A stretch of 48,178 bases of DNA from a virus. The first letter of the stretch is position 1, and every line of letters starts with the position of its first letter. The stretch lies in the IMG/VR virus record IMGVR_UViG_3300029944_000014; one strand, given 5' to 3'. A model generated the notes under the pieces. The model made no database searches, was not told the DNA's origin, and was given only the letters and a program-made list of their open reading frames with translations. Made by a program: the position numbers and the translations under genes. Shown one piece after another: positions 14,704 to 24,139 of the stretch.

Positions 14704-16773
14704 TCAGTACGCTATAGACCGAGAGGAAACGATCGCGCTCCCCCCCGTGTTGTTGTTAATCTCGATAATGACAGGCTGCGCTATCGAGCCTTGCCCTTGC
14801 TTAGCGCTGATGATTTGAGCCACCTTATCCGCGCTATAGCCTTTCGAGCCTTCTTCTTTCAGCATCGCACTCATAACCGTAGAAAGCGTAGCGGTATCTG
14901 TCAGGCTTAAATGCTCTTTCGGATCAAATCCCGTTTCTTTACTCACGTCGCGAATATACCGCGGGGTATCATTTTCGAAATGGCCCTGCGCATCTTTCGG
15001 CGGCGCATATTTCGAAATGATATCTTGTAGCGTATCCAGGTGATCACGGTTTTGATAAAGCAATAGCTGATTCGCCATGGCCTGTACGCCGTCGGCATCT
15101 GAGGCGAAAGACTGAAAAGCATTTGCGCCAGGTACGCGCAAGTTACCTGGGTTATGCCGTTCGCCGTGCGGCCCGCTAACCCCGCTTGATACGTCCGGGG
15201 CGCTCATAGCGTTAGCCGTTTCCGGGAAGTCGCTCATATCAAGCATCGTGATAGGCGTCTCTTTCGGCTCAGAAGAGGAAGGCATAACGGTTTTAGCCTT
15301 CGGCTTAATCGCCGGCACTTCGTCCATATCAATCACGGTTTCGGGTGAATCATTTAACGAGCTAAAACCGTACTCGTCAAACAAGCCTTTCATGATCGGC
15401 CCCATAGTCGGATTTTTTACCGAATCCGAGGCCGCGGCCATGGCCTGGCGTGCTTTCTCGCGGGCGGCGTAATCATTAGGATGCGTGATCGCATCGTTGA
15501 TCGCTGCAGCCGTGCTGAGGTTGCCGTGAAAAATGCCTATATCCCGGATGCCTTTTTCCTGTTCACTTGTCGCATCAGCATAGGCATTAGGGTCGAGCGC
15601 GGCGCCGGGTTTATCGCCCCCCGCACCTGAGCCCCCGCTCGAATCGGGGCCGACCCAGCCCAGCTTACCCAGTAGGTCGTAAAGGTGCGTGCCAAGGGCG
15701 TCGATTACTGCAAAAAATTTATGTGTGCTTTCCTTGAAGTCATCCGATACCAGGTACTTCGCGAAGTCCTGCAAGCCGACGGCTGCATCGTCTAGGTACT
15801 CTTTAAAATGCGGATCTCCTAGCACCGTGCCAAAGGCATTAGCAAGTGCGTCGGATAGTTGAGTGAAAGAAGGAATCAGGGGGTCCAGGGCTTTCACGAA
15901 TACGTTTTCGATCTTGTCGCCGGCTGTATCTAACTGGTACTTAAAATTTTGCCAAGACTCGGCCGTTTGATCACTCAGGTCAAGTAGTTTGCTGTTTTTG
16001 CCATAGGTATTTTGAGCGGATTGCAAATCCTCGGGCGACGCCTTAGCGAGCCGGTTCAAGTCCTCCAAGCTCATAAACTGGTCAAGGCCGTAGGCGTGTG
16101 CGCCCTGCGCTGTCTGCCCGCTAGCAAGATATTTCTGGCGGATCAAAGGCAGCGCTTCCTGTGCGAGTTGCGCGGTGTCTTTGCTCTGTATGTCGTGCTC
16201 AGAGATGCCAAGCGCACTCAGCGCCCAGCGTTTCGACAAGTCATGCACTGACTCATTGACGTTAGAAAGGAAGCTCCCTGAGTCGACATATTTGCCGTAG
16301 CTCAAGTCAAAAGCTTTGTTCTCGCCATATGTTGTGCCAAGCCCTTGAGACTGGCGCCGATTGTTCGATACAGACTCAGCTAGCCGTGTAATGCCAAACA
16401 GGCCGCCACCGCCGACTAAACCCCCTAGCACGGACGTAATGCCTGCCCACTTAAGCAGCGACGTCGTAGCTTTAGTGATATTGGACGCGATCGACCCTGA
16501 GCTTTTTGCAAGACTGACAAACTGGGTCGCTGTCGTCTGACTGACCCGCATCATTAGATTCTGCTGCTTGGCAACCCCGGCCATAGCTTTTTGCATCTTA
16601 GCTATTTGCGCCGCGGATTGCCTGAGCGCCGAGATATTGGCTGAAGTCGCTTTATTGACAGCCTCCCACGTACTCGGCAGGGTACGTGCGAGGGCTTCGT
16701 ACTTGGCAAATGTGGCCTCGTACTGTTTAAATTTTTCGTCATTAACATCGACTTCTAGGATCGATACAGGCAT
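14704..16773 (-). CDS. tail tape measure protein with C-terminal NPGNLR-type domain
   Basis: 689 aa. Helical, Ala/Gln-rich N-terminal two thirds with a GGLVGGGGLFG hydrophobic patch. It lies after the chaperone pair. The C-terminal GERHNPGNLRVPG...DIISKYAPP...YIRDVSKETG domain is recalled from other virion proteins. Confidence 0.8.
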   Translation of the reverse strand: MPVSILEVDVNDEKFKQYEATFAKYEALARTLPSTWEAVNKATSANISALRQSAAQIAKMQKAMAGVAKQQNLMMRVSQTTATQFVSLAKSSGSIASNITKATTSLLKWAGITSVLGGLVGGGGLFGITRLAESVSNNRRQSQGLGTTYGENKAFDLSYGKYVDSGSFLSNVNESVHDLSKRWALSALGISEHDIQSKDTAQLAQEALPLIRQKYLASGQTAQGAHAYGLDQFMSLEDLNRLAKASPEDLQSAQNTYGKNSKLLDLSDQTAESWQNFKYQLDTAGDKIENVFVKALDPLIPSFTQLSDALANAFGTVLGDPHFKEYLDDAAVGLQDFAKYLVSDDFKESTHKFFAVIDALGTHLYDLLGKLGWVGPDSSGGSGAGGDKPGAALDPNAYADATSEQEKGIRDIGIFHGNLSTAAAINDAITHPNDYAAREKARQAMAAASDSVKNPTMGPIMKGLFDEYGFSSLNDSPETVIDMDEVPAIKPKAKTVMPSSSEPKETPITMLDMSDFPETANAMSAPDVSSGVSGPHGERHNPGNLRVPGANAFQSFASDADGVQAMANQLLLYQNRDHLDTLQDIISKYAPPKDAQGHFENDTPRYIRDVSKETGFDPKEHLSLTDTATLSTVMSAMLKEEGSKGYSADKVAQIISAKQGQGSIAQPVIIEINNNTGGSAIVSSRSIAY

Positions 16774-17018
16774 TACAGGCCCCCTCTTTGCCGAATTGCT
16801 TTAACTATGTGACGATGCCTGAATTCTTGCGCCGAGTCCCAGCCGAGCCCATACTCCAAGAAAAACCGCGTGAAGCCCTCGCCGGAGGCCCAATCTAGTG
16901 CGGCACAGATGAAAGAGGGGTCGTCTCCGCCATCTCGCCAGTATTCGCGGCCTCTGTCGACGTCTGCAAGGAATCGACGTACTCCGTAAAGCTCCACGAT
17001 GCGGCGCGTGTGCCCCAT
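16773..17018 (-). CDS. tail assembly chaperone, overlapping -1 frame ORF (gpT/E'-like extension)
   Basis: 81-aa ORF in the -1 frame relative to CDS 16895..17479, overlapping its last 124 nt. It ends in TAATG with the tape-measure start. This is the classic G/GT arrangement. Confidence 0.5.
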   Translation of the reverse strand: MGHTRRIVELYGVRRFLADVDRGREYWRDGGDDPSFICAALDWASGEGFTRFFLEYGLGWDSAQEFRHRHIVKAIRQRGGL

Positions 17019-17479
17019 ACGCCATTCATCCCGGCTAGCGTGATCAACAGTTCTTTCCCACGCTGTATCGCAGAGGCCAACGTAAAAAACACAAGCGCCC
17101 CCAGAAGCTCGCTCATTTCAGTAGCGCCTAGCATCTTCTCTTCATGCGCCCGGTCAAGAGAAATACGCCGCCAGCCGCCATTAGCATCGGGAAGGGCAAC
17201 ATTGGAAAGCCGGATAATTTCGGCCACCAGTGTATTTTTCACCCCGTCTTGACCGTCCCACATTTTACGTGAGGTCGCGATATCCTTGAGCATCAAGTAA
17301 GACACACGCGGCCCGCTGATCGCTCCAAGACCTTCGCCGTACAGGGCGGCCCAGGTCTTGGACATAATCAGGTAATGGCGCTCGAAGTTTTCCAAGGTGA
17401 TCGGCGTTGAATGCACATGCAGCACGCCGATATCCGTTTCAACTTCGATCACGATATTCATTTGCTTGTTAATAGACAC
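16895..17479 (-). CDS. tail assembly chaperone (gpG/E-like)
   Basis: 194 aa. It lies between the tube and tape measure genes. The C-terminus is acidic. Confidence 0.6.
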   Translation of the reverse strand: MSINKQMNIVIEVETDIGVLHVHSTPITLENFERHYLIMSKTWAALYGEGLGAISGPRVSYLMLKDIATSRKMWDGQDGVKNTLVAEIIRLSNVALPDANGGWRRISLDRAHEEKMLGATEMSELLGALVFFTLASAIQRGKELLITLAGMNGVWGTRAASWSFTEYVDSLQTSTEAANTGEMAETTPLSSVPH

Positions 17480-17508
17480 AGTGCCTCCTATCGTTACTGC
17501 AGGTTAAA

Positions 17509-17955
17509 TTAGAGCAGGTCCCACAAAGAACTGTTGATCAGTGTGTAGCCTTTAATTTCTACCACGTACCCGGCATCTTCCCCGCCGAATTTCAATTCTT
17601 TGATCGTACCGATTGAGGTGTTGATCAGGTCAAACTGAGGCAGTGCCGAGCTATCGGTGTAGACCGTCGAATCCCCGAGCAAGGTGCTCAGTTGCTTTTG
17701 CGTCTCGTACTGCTGCGCGAGCCCTTGAGTTTTCAGCAGGGGGATTTCAACCGTCACCATTTGATAGGGTTCCGGCGAAGTAACGGCGCCCGTCATCGTC
17801 GGGATATACGTCGTCGCTTCCCCGTCAAACGTCAGCGAGATACCGGCTTTACCCAGGTAAGACGCAGGCACGTTTAGTGCCGGGAAGTTGACAATAGCGA
17901 AGGAACCCCGTAACCGGTTTAGGGTGCCCTGTGGAACCATAGGATTAGTTGCCAT
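17509..17955 (-). CDS. tail tube protein
   Basis: 148 aa. Directly downstream of the sheath-sized gene. Confidence 0.6.
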   Translation of the reverse strand: MATNPMVPQGTLNRLRGSFAIVNFPALNVPASYLGKAGISLTFDGEATTYIPTMTGAVTSPEPYQMVTVEIPLLKTQGLAQQYETQKQLSTLLGDSTVYTDSSALPQFDLINTSIGTIKELKFGGEDAGYVVEIKGYTLINSSLWDLL

Positions 17956-17967
17956 TTGTCAGGCTCC

Positions 17968-19278
17968 TTAGCTTGTAATGAAGTCAGTCACGCTAATGTT
18001 AAACGTGATCGATTTAAACCCGATTTGCGGGGTCATAACCAGTGACAACCCGTTATAGACACCTTCGAAGTAATCGTTCGGGTTATCGGCTACGTACTGC
18101 GCAAACGGTACAGCTTGAACCGTGGCGGGAGACAAGATCAAAGCATACGTGATGCCGCTGTTGGTCGTTTGCTGTGCGCGCAATTGCAGGCGGTTGATGC
18201 CGTTTTGGTTGTAGCCGAGCGGATTGATCGGGTTATTTGACCCGTTGATAATCTCGTTTGACAAGGCCAAGGCGATATTGATCTGAAGCCAGTCAACCGC
18301 ATACCAGTAAGTAAAATCGCGGCCGTCCGCTGTCGTACCCCATTTAGTGATGATGTTTGAAATGCCACCTGCCGCGCCCGTAATGAAATAGTTGCAGAAA
18401 CCGGCTTTAAGCGCCGATTGCTGTGGCCCGGTAAAATTCGAACCCGTTACCCCGCTGACAAAACGGAAGGCCATCGGCGGGACTTTATTTGTCGTGCTCG
18501 GGTTCTGATTGAGCACGTTCCACATAAAGGACGCAAGATCAAACTCGGTACTCGGCGGGGTAGCTACGCCGGCCGCTTCCACCGCGGTAACGAAGCACTT
18601 GGTCGCCGCGTACTCGGCATAGTCAGCCATGCTGCAGGTTGTCAGCATGTAAAACTTGCTTGTCGTCGACGAATAGAGCTTGCCTAGAGGCAGCAGAGTC
18701 GAGTCAGCAGCCCAGGAGCGCGGCAGCAAGGCCAGATAAATCTTGTTCAGATTAGCCATCAGCCAAGTGGCAAAATTTGCGATACCTACCGTCGAGCTTA
18801 CCGCGCCGACTTCAAGTACATTGACTGAGACGGTCGACCCGTTCGCGAAAAACGTGTCAATCATGGACGTCAATTCTGCTACCGAGCCGCTAATGACTGT
18901 GCCGGGTGTTGTCTCGGTACCGGGGTTTGTCGTCAGGGGGTAGGTGAAGGTACTGGCCCCTGTGATAGAGGCAAGGAAAGTGCCGTTATACCCGGCCGGT
19001 GCCGCCCCGGCAATCGTCAGGTAAATCGATTGCCCTGTCGTATAGCCGTGCGGGGCCGTAGTAGTCCCGGTCACAACCGAGGAGAGCCACGTTAGCGAGG
19101 TAAGGGCCTGCGGGGCCACGAGCAACGGCGTTAAATCTGAGGTTTGCGTGATTAGCGCCGTCGTGCCTTCGGCTAAGGTCGTCGCCCCATTTGAGATACA
19201 CGCACCGGTCTGCTGCAGCGTCGACGGGGTGGCGCCGACCTGCTGCGATACGTTGATTTGGACAATATCATTGGACAT
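17968..19278 (-). CDS. contractile tail sheath protein
   Basis: 436 aa. Call rests on size and order (sheath-tube-chaperones-TMP-baseplate). Confidence 0.6.
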   Translation of the reverse strand: MSNDIVQINVSQQVGATPSTLQQTGACISNGATTLAEGTTALITQTSDLTPLLVAPQALTSLTWLSSVVTGTTTAPHGYTTGQSIYLTIAGAAPAGYNGTFLASITGASTFTYPLTTNPGTETTPGTVISGSVAELTSMIDTFFANGSTVSVNVLEVGAVSSTVGIANFATWLMANLNKIYLALLPRSWAADSTLLPLGKLYSSTTSKFYMLTTCSMADYAEYAATKCFVTAVEAAGVATPPSTEFDLASFMWNVLNQNPSTTNKVPPMAFRFVSGVTGSNFTGPQQSALKAGFCNYFITGAAGGISNIITKWGTTADGRDFTYWYAVDWLQINIALALSNEIINGSNNPINPLGYNQNGINRLQLRAQQTTNSGITYALILSPATVQAVPFAQYVADNPNDYFEGVYNGLSLVMTPQIGFKSITFNISVTDFITS

Positions 19279-19292
19279 AACGCGGCCTCGGT

Positions 19293-19625
19293 TTAGTTAT
19301 ACGACACGGCCAGGGTTTGACCCGTGCCAGGCGTGACGACAATCCCCACTGCACAGGGGAAATGTACCGGGTAGCTACCCACGGCTTCAGGGATAACGAA
19401 AACCTCGTTTGCGGTAGCGACGGCGCCAGTTGTCGCGCAATCGTTGACCGTACCGGTACCGGTACCGACGACCAAGACATTCACGATAACGGCGGTACCG
19501 GGCGCGGCCTTAACCACCGTGGCGGCCGTAATGTTGAGGTGTGTCGATTTCGCCGCTGTCTCCAAGACATTGACGTTCGAGCCGGCTTGCTGAAAAATTG
19601 CGACTTGTTGCGCGGTTTGAGGCAT
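19293..19625 (-). CDS. small beta-rich structural-module protein (paralogue of 30540..30875)
   Basis: 110 aa. It shares length and a C-terminal pattern YPV[HN][FI]P.A..[IL].V[TV].....G.....[LI]..[SI]Y with the 111-aa protein at 30540..30875. Confidence 0.6.
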   Translation of the reverse strand: MPQTAQQVAIFQQAGSNVNVLETAAKSTHLNITAATVVKAAPGTAVIVNVLVVGTGTGTVNDCATTGAVATANEVFVIPEAVGSYPVHFPCAVGIVVTPGTGQTLAVSYN

Positions 19626-19642
19626 GGTGTTATCTCCGGCTA

Positions 19643-20653
19643 TTAAACGACAGGGGTAGGATCGACGCTATAGTTTACAGTAGCGCTGAGGATATCTTGT
19701 TGCGCTATGTTTCTAATGCGGGTTTGATAGTAACTAATCTCAGGCTCGAAAACCTTTTTCATTGCGATCACATTCAATTCTGACTGGATACGCTTTTCGT
19801 CACGCATGACAGGCATCTCACCGACTAGGCCGAAATTGTCAGTGTTCAGTGAGTAGCTGAAAATGTAATCCTGAAAGTCCAGCGCGTTAAAATTACGCAA
19901 ACCGTAGATCGTAATTTTGACTTTATCGCGCACCAGTTGGTAGTGATTCGACATTGAATCATTCCACGGTACCGGCTGAATCGCACGGGTGCCGGAGGGC
20001 TCGATATGCACCGAAGCGTAGGGCGGTTCAACGTTATCTGGTACCAAGAACGACGGGTACATCGGCATAAACTGGTCTAAGCTTAGCCACATAGGCAGGC
20101 TGTTCGAGACAATCACGTTCTGCGTGTCGAACCCTGTCACGTCGTCAATAATCTGCGACTCCATAGCGGCATAGATGGCTTCGCCCTGGTAGTGGAATAT
20201 ACCGGCCTGTTCGAAAAACATGCGGCGCCGGGTAAAGGCAAAACGCACACCTTCGAACTCGCCTATCCAGATCGAATTAGGACCAATCTCGTTAAAATCT
20301 TGGATCTCCTCGGTGCAATTAAACAGCACTGAATTGATAGCCAGGGTTTCGTCTTGACGCTGTTCCTGATTCGTCATGAAATGGAAGGCGCCTTGCACTA
20401 CGAGCGTCGGCGCCGGCGTTAAAACCTTGGTCGGCGCATTCAAGCAAAGCTGGTTCAGGCGATGCGCGTTAAGCAAAGCGCCAGGGGATACTTGATCCGC
20501 GCGCACCCAGAAAACATAGCCGTCGAGCGGCAGCACCAGTCGTATGTACTTGGTAAAAGTAATCGTCTGGTTGTATGAAATGTTGTCAAGCCCTGCCTCT
20601 AACGCAGCGTTAAGAGGCGAGCCCGAGGCAGCACTTTCGACGGCTGAGGCCAT
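19643..20653 (-). CDS. hypothetical virion protein (neck / tail-completion position)
   Basis: 336 aa. It lies between the connector genes and the sheath. Confidence 0.55.
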   Translation of the reverse strand: MASAVESAASGSPLNAALEAGLDNISYNQTITFTKYIRLVLPLDGYVFWVRADQVSPGALLNAHRLNQLCLNAPTKVLTPAPTLVVQGAFHFMTNQEQRQDETLAINSVLFNCTEEIQDFNEIGPNSIWIGEFEGVRFAFTRRRMFFEQAGIFHYQGEAIYAAMESQIIDDVTGFDTQNVIVSNSLPMWLSLDQFMPMYPSFLVPDNVEPPYASVHIEPSGTRAIQPVPWNDSMSNHYQLVRDKVKITIYGLRNFNALDFQDYIFSYSLNTDNFGLVGEMPVMRDEKRIQSELNVIAMKKVFEPEISYYQTRIRNIAQQDILSATVNYSVDPTPVV

Positions 20654-21171
20654 TATTCTATCCAGGCTCTAAACGATTTTTGGTAAAGACCTGTCGCAAT
20701 AAACGACGGCCGCGGTGATCCTTGCTTACTTTTCAGCCGAGGGTTAAACCCGTCCAAGGCGGCCTGAGTTGGCACACCGGGCACACCTGCATGCGCCATT
20801 TCGTCATCACTGAGAAACTGGCGAAACATCTGCGCTATGGCATCTTCACCTTGGGCAAAAGGGTTGCTACCGGCGGGCGCACCGAGTTGCTGATTTTGCA
20901 GGTAGCCAACTAAAGACTGGCCCAGGGCGTCAGCACAGACTTGGCCCTGCAATTCCCAAAACTTAGCCATCACGCCGTACTTGGTTTCCAGCCAGTCCGC
21001 CACGTCGCCGGTTGTCTCGGTACCGCTTTGCACTTTACGCTCCGTCGCCGGCTTGACAAGCGCCTTACCGCGGGCAGCTTTACCTTTTGCCCGCTTCGGT
21101 ACCGGCGTCGTGTTGACCGACGAAAACGCATAAGGTACATCGATTACGCCGAGGTGTAGGGTAAAGCTCAC
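20653..21171 (-). CDS. head-tail joining protein candidate
   Basis: 172 aa. Position only. Basic Lys-rich N-terminal segment. Confidence 0.5.
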   Translation of the reverse strand: MSFTLHLGVIDVPYAFSSVNTTPVPKRAKGKAARGKALVKPATERKVQSGTETTGDVADWLETKYGVMAKFWELQGQVCADALGQSLVGYLQNQQLGAPAGSNPFAQGEDAIAQMFRQFLSDDEMAHAGVPGVPTQAALDGFNPRLKSKQGSPRPSFIATGLYQKSFRAWIE

Positions 21172-21380
21172 TGTTTTCTCTCGATCAAGTCGTAGTACTG
21201 CAGGATTAGGTCTACCTTAGCTATTTCCTCGGCAGTAGGTAGATAGCCCACTTCAACTCGGGAAAAATCAGGATAGAATAATAGGCGGACATGCGCAACT
21301 TTACTCACGTCAAGACCGAGGGCTTCACATATTTTCTTATTCAGCTCAAGAGTGTTAATCGTTCTCATGACATACCCCAA
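21168..21380 (-). CDS. hypothetical protein (70 aa)
   Basis: Overlapping start and stop with both neighbours in the connector region. Confidence 0.5.
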   Translation of the reverse strand: MGYVMRTINTLELNKKICEALGLDVSKVAHVRLLFYPDFSRVEVGYLPTAEEIAKVDLILQYYDLIERKQ

Positions 21381-21802
21381 AGGCTTCCGACCTGCTGCGC
21401 AATCGCTAGATACTCGCGGCCGTATTGCGTTTTAAGGTTTTGTAAATCTTGTACGCCGAAATTCTTAAACGTATCCGGCACCATGAAAGACTGGCTGTCC
21501 GTTTCATCGGCCGACGCGTTAATCACACCGGCCACGAAAGAGAGAATCCGGTTACTTTTACGTAGTAACGTAAAATAGGTTTGACCTTCTTGATCCGGCG
21601 CCCAGTTGATCAGCCAGTCTGCCGCGAAGTTGTTTACCGCAACAGCATATAAAAGCGGTATCTCGCATTGAATTTCAGCATTGACCATTGCGAGCGCCAT
21701 GTTAAACGACCAAGCGATAGCCGGCGAATCGTCAGGCAATGCCGGGACCGGCACCTCAACGATATTGCGTAAAAACCACAAATAACCGGCTAACGTGGGC
21801 AT
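21365..21802 (-). CDS. head-tail connector/adaptor candidate
   Basis: 145 aa. Position only, downstream of the capsid genes. Confidence 0.5.
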   Translation of the reverse strand: MPTLAGYLWFLRNIVEVPVPALPDDSPAIAWSFNMALAMVNAEIQCEIPLLYAVAVNNFAADWLINWAPDQEGQTYFTLLRKSNRILSFVAGVINASADETDSQSFMVPDTFKNFGVQDLQNLKTQYGREYLAIAQQVGSLWGMS

Positions 21803-21825
21803 TTAACTTTTCCTAAGTTGATCGA

Positions 21826-22404
21826 TTAACGGCGGTTGCTCTTGGCTTGACGCGCACGCTCAGCGCCTTTCTGAGCCATTGGCGAACCCGGCTTAGACAC
21901 AGAGATCACTTCCTCTAGTCGGTCCGCGCCTTGGTCCTCTCCGCGCTTTACTTCTTGCTCAATTTGCATCTCGATACCTGCCAGCTTCGGCGCCTGCGAA
22001 CCCAGTTCACCAGCCAGACGGTCAGCTTGGTCTTGTACTTGCGCATGCAGCGCTTCAGCCTGGACCGTGCGGATCAAATGCGCCTTATCAAGCAGAACGT
22101 CTTTGTTATGCGTAATCGCGGTAACAAGCGTGTCATGCGACACCGGCACATCAAGGGAGTAGCACAGCCCTACGAATTTCGTGGTACGGGGGATTTCCTT
22201 TGCATCGATCAAGCCATACTTGGCGTGCTGCTTGATAATTTTATCGATGTCGCTGAGCTTGATCTCTTTGCTGAGCAGCGCCTTTTGCGAGCCGGCCGGG
22301 ATACGCTGAATAATCAGCTTCGGCACATCGGATACCCGAAAGTGAAAATCCTGATCCAAGGTCGAGCAGTTAGCGATATACAAGGTAGCGTGCGTCTTAG
22401 CCAT
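21826..22404 (-). CDS. hypothetical protein (192 aa) with charged helical C-terminus
   Basis: First ORF after the capsid-gene terminator. Confidence 0.6.
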   Translation of the reverse strand: MAKTHATLYIANCSTLDQDFHFRVSDVPKLIIQRIPAGSQKALLSKEIKLSDIDKIIKQHAKYGLIDAKEIPRTTKFVGLCYSLDVPVSHDTLVTAITHNKDVLLDKAHLIRTVQAEALHAQVQDQADRLAGELGSQAPKLAGIEMQIEQEVKRGEDQGADRLEEVISVSKPGSPMAQKGAERARQAKSNRR

Positions 22405-22421
22405 GTGACTTACTCTCTATA

Positions 22422-22454
22422 GTGAAAGGGGCTAAGCAGGGTTTGCCTAGCCCC
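22422..22454 (-). terminator. Rho-independent terminator after the major capsid gene
   Basis: GGGGCTA(22428-22434)...TAGCCCC(22448-22454) with an inner GCA/TGC extension. On the minus strand it is followed by TTTCAC. Confidence 0.6.
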
Positions 22455-22489
22455 TAGGGGTAACTGTCTCTACGTCTTAACCGAACAGC

Positions 22490-23512
22490 TTATTCGTACT
22501 GGATCGACAGAACCGTAACAGCTTCGCCGCGTTGGCCCCAGCCCGACGTGATACGCAATTCGCTCAGCACGTCGATAGCGCCACCCGGCAACGGGGTCGG
22601 GATTTCCCGCGGCGCGACCATATCGCAGTACATCACGTTTGTAGCCAACATACCCGGCGTCAGATCGGCAAACGTATTGGTATTCCAATTCGGGATCTTG
22701 GGTTTCTTGATCTCAGGTACTGTCAGAATCACCGCATCTGTGCCGCCCGCACCTTGGCCTTGGAGTGTGTCGTCATAGCACCATTCCAAGGTGTAACCGT
22801 TACGTTTCAGGATATCTTCGATCAAACCCTTCGAAGTTTCCGTACCGGCACCGGTACGCTGGAATTGCGTAAGCTGGACGATATTTTGCATTTCCATCGG
22901 CGCCAAGATCCGTTGCGGACCCAATACGACGATGCGGCCGACTTGGCCCATCTGGTACATACGGGTCAGGATCGAGGTAACTAGCGTCAGGAAAAACTCA
23001 GCCAATTGCCCGTTATCGTAAGTGACGAGCGTATCGTTACCATTCGAATCGGGCGGCAAGCTAATCGCCGTGGCACCGGCCGTATTGATAATGCCTTCGC
23101 CGCCGGCCGGGTTCATCCCGTAAATCGCAGCGTTACGGCTTGCCTGAAAGATACCCTGGCGCATGCCGAGCTTTTGCGACTCGGGCAGCGATGCGCCCCA
23201 GCGGCTAAAGCCAGCCGTATCGTGGTGATCGTACTCAGCGCGCACGCGCAACAGATACGTCGGTGTGTTGATCTGCGAAGGCACAACCGATACGCTCGGC
23301 AGTTGGTTGTAAGCGACTTGGCCGGCGGCAGCAATCGTGCGAATGTCCATGCGCTTTTGATACACGTACAGATCACCGTCGCCCAAGCGCACCATTGGCT
23401 CGCCTGTCGCAAACATTTCGAAGGCCCCGGATACCTGATTAAAATTCAGGATGATTTCGGGGGCGGTGTAATTCGGGCTTACCTGGGAATAGGCAGGCGC
23501 AAGATTTGCCAT
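22490..23512 (-). CDS. major capsid protein
   Basis: 340 aa. It follows the scaffold and a small decoration-like gene and is followed by a terminator. The overall sequence resembles DUF2184-type capsid proteins as I recall them (unverified). Confidence 0.8.
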   Translation of the reverse strand: MANLAPAYSQVSPNYTAPEIILNFNQVSGAFEMFATGEPMVRLGDGDLYVYQKRMDIRTIAAAGQVAYNQLPSVSVVPSQINTPTYLLRVRAEYDHHDTAGFSRWGASLPESQKLGMRQGIFQASRNAAIYGMNPAGGEGIINTAGATAISLPPDSNGNDTLVTYDNGQLAEFFLTLVTSILTRMYQMGQVGRIVVLGPQRILAPMEMQNIVQLTQFQRTGAGTETSKGLIEDILKRNGYTLEWCYDDTLQGQGAGGTDAVILTVPEIKKPKIPNWNTNTFADLTPGMLATNVMYCDMVAPREIPTPLPGGAIDVLSELRITSGWGQRGEAVTVLSIQYE

Positions 23513-23524
23513 GGTAGTAGCTCC

Positions 23525-24136
23525 TTAAATTTCGATGAGAGCGCAAGCGCCGTTAAAATTCCAGGTGACAAATCCAGTACCTGAGTTGTATTGCACGATC
23601 ATACAGCCGGTTGCGATCACGTTGAGGATCTTGCACGGGAAGGCGCCGGGCGTAGCGTTATACGCAATCAATTTCTGATTGACATAATCCCAGGACACTT
23701 GCTGGTTGATCAGACCGGTATTCAGGCTGACCAGTGCAGGGTCGCACTGTACCGCGATACGCGCATGCGAGCCGAACCGGTAGAAGTTCACCGTCCCGCC
23801 ACTCGGCACAGCCGGCGCATTGCTTTGCGGTGTCGTGATCGCGTTATTGAGTTGGTTATAAACCGTCATACCGGTAGCGCCAGCTTGATTCGCCGCGCGC
23901 TCGATATTATTGCCCAGGCCGTTAGCCTCGTCGGCCAGATTCAGATATTCACCGATGACCACGCCACCCCACATCGGCAGGGTTTCGGTGCTAGCCAGGA
24001 CGCCGCCGGCCAGTGAATTACGGATGTTCGGGTCATCCATGGCGATACCCTGGACCATGCCGTAAGTAGTCGCGGAGAACGTGCCCGTCGCGTTGGTCGT
24101 GATATTCGGGTTGAGTGAGATAGCGCTTGTCGTCAT
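23525..24136 (-). CDS. capsid decoration/cement protein candidate
   Basis: 203 aa. It lies between the scaffold and the major capsid protein, the same position as the cement protein of BPP-1-type heads. Confidence 0.45.
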   Translation of the reverse strand: MTTSAISLNPNITTNATGTFSATTYGMVQGIAMDDPNIRNSLAGGVLASTETLPMWGGVVIGEYLNLADEANGLGNNIERAANQAGATGMTVYNQLNNAITTPQSNAPAVPSGGTVNFYRFGSHARIAVQCDPALVSLNTGLINQQVSWDYVNQKLIAYNATPGAFPCKILNVIATGCMIVQYNSGTGFVTWNFNGACALIEI

Positions 24137-24139
24137 GGC

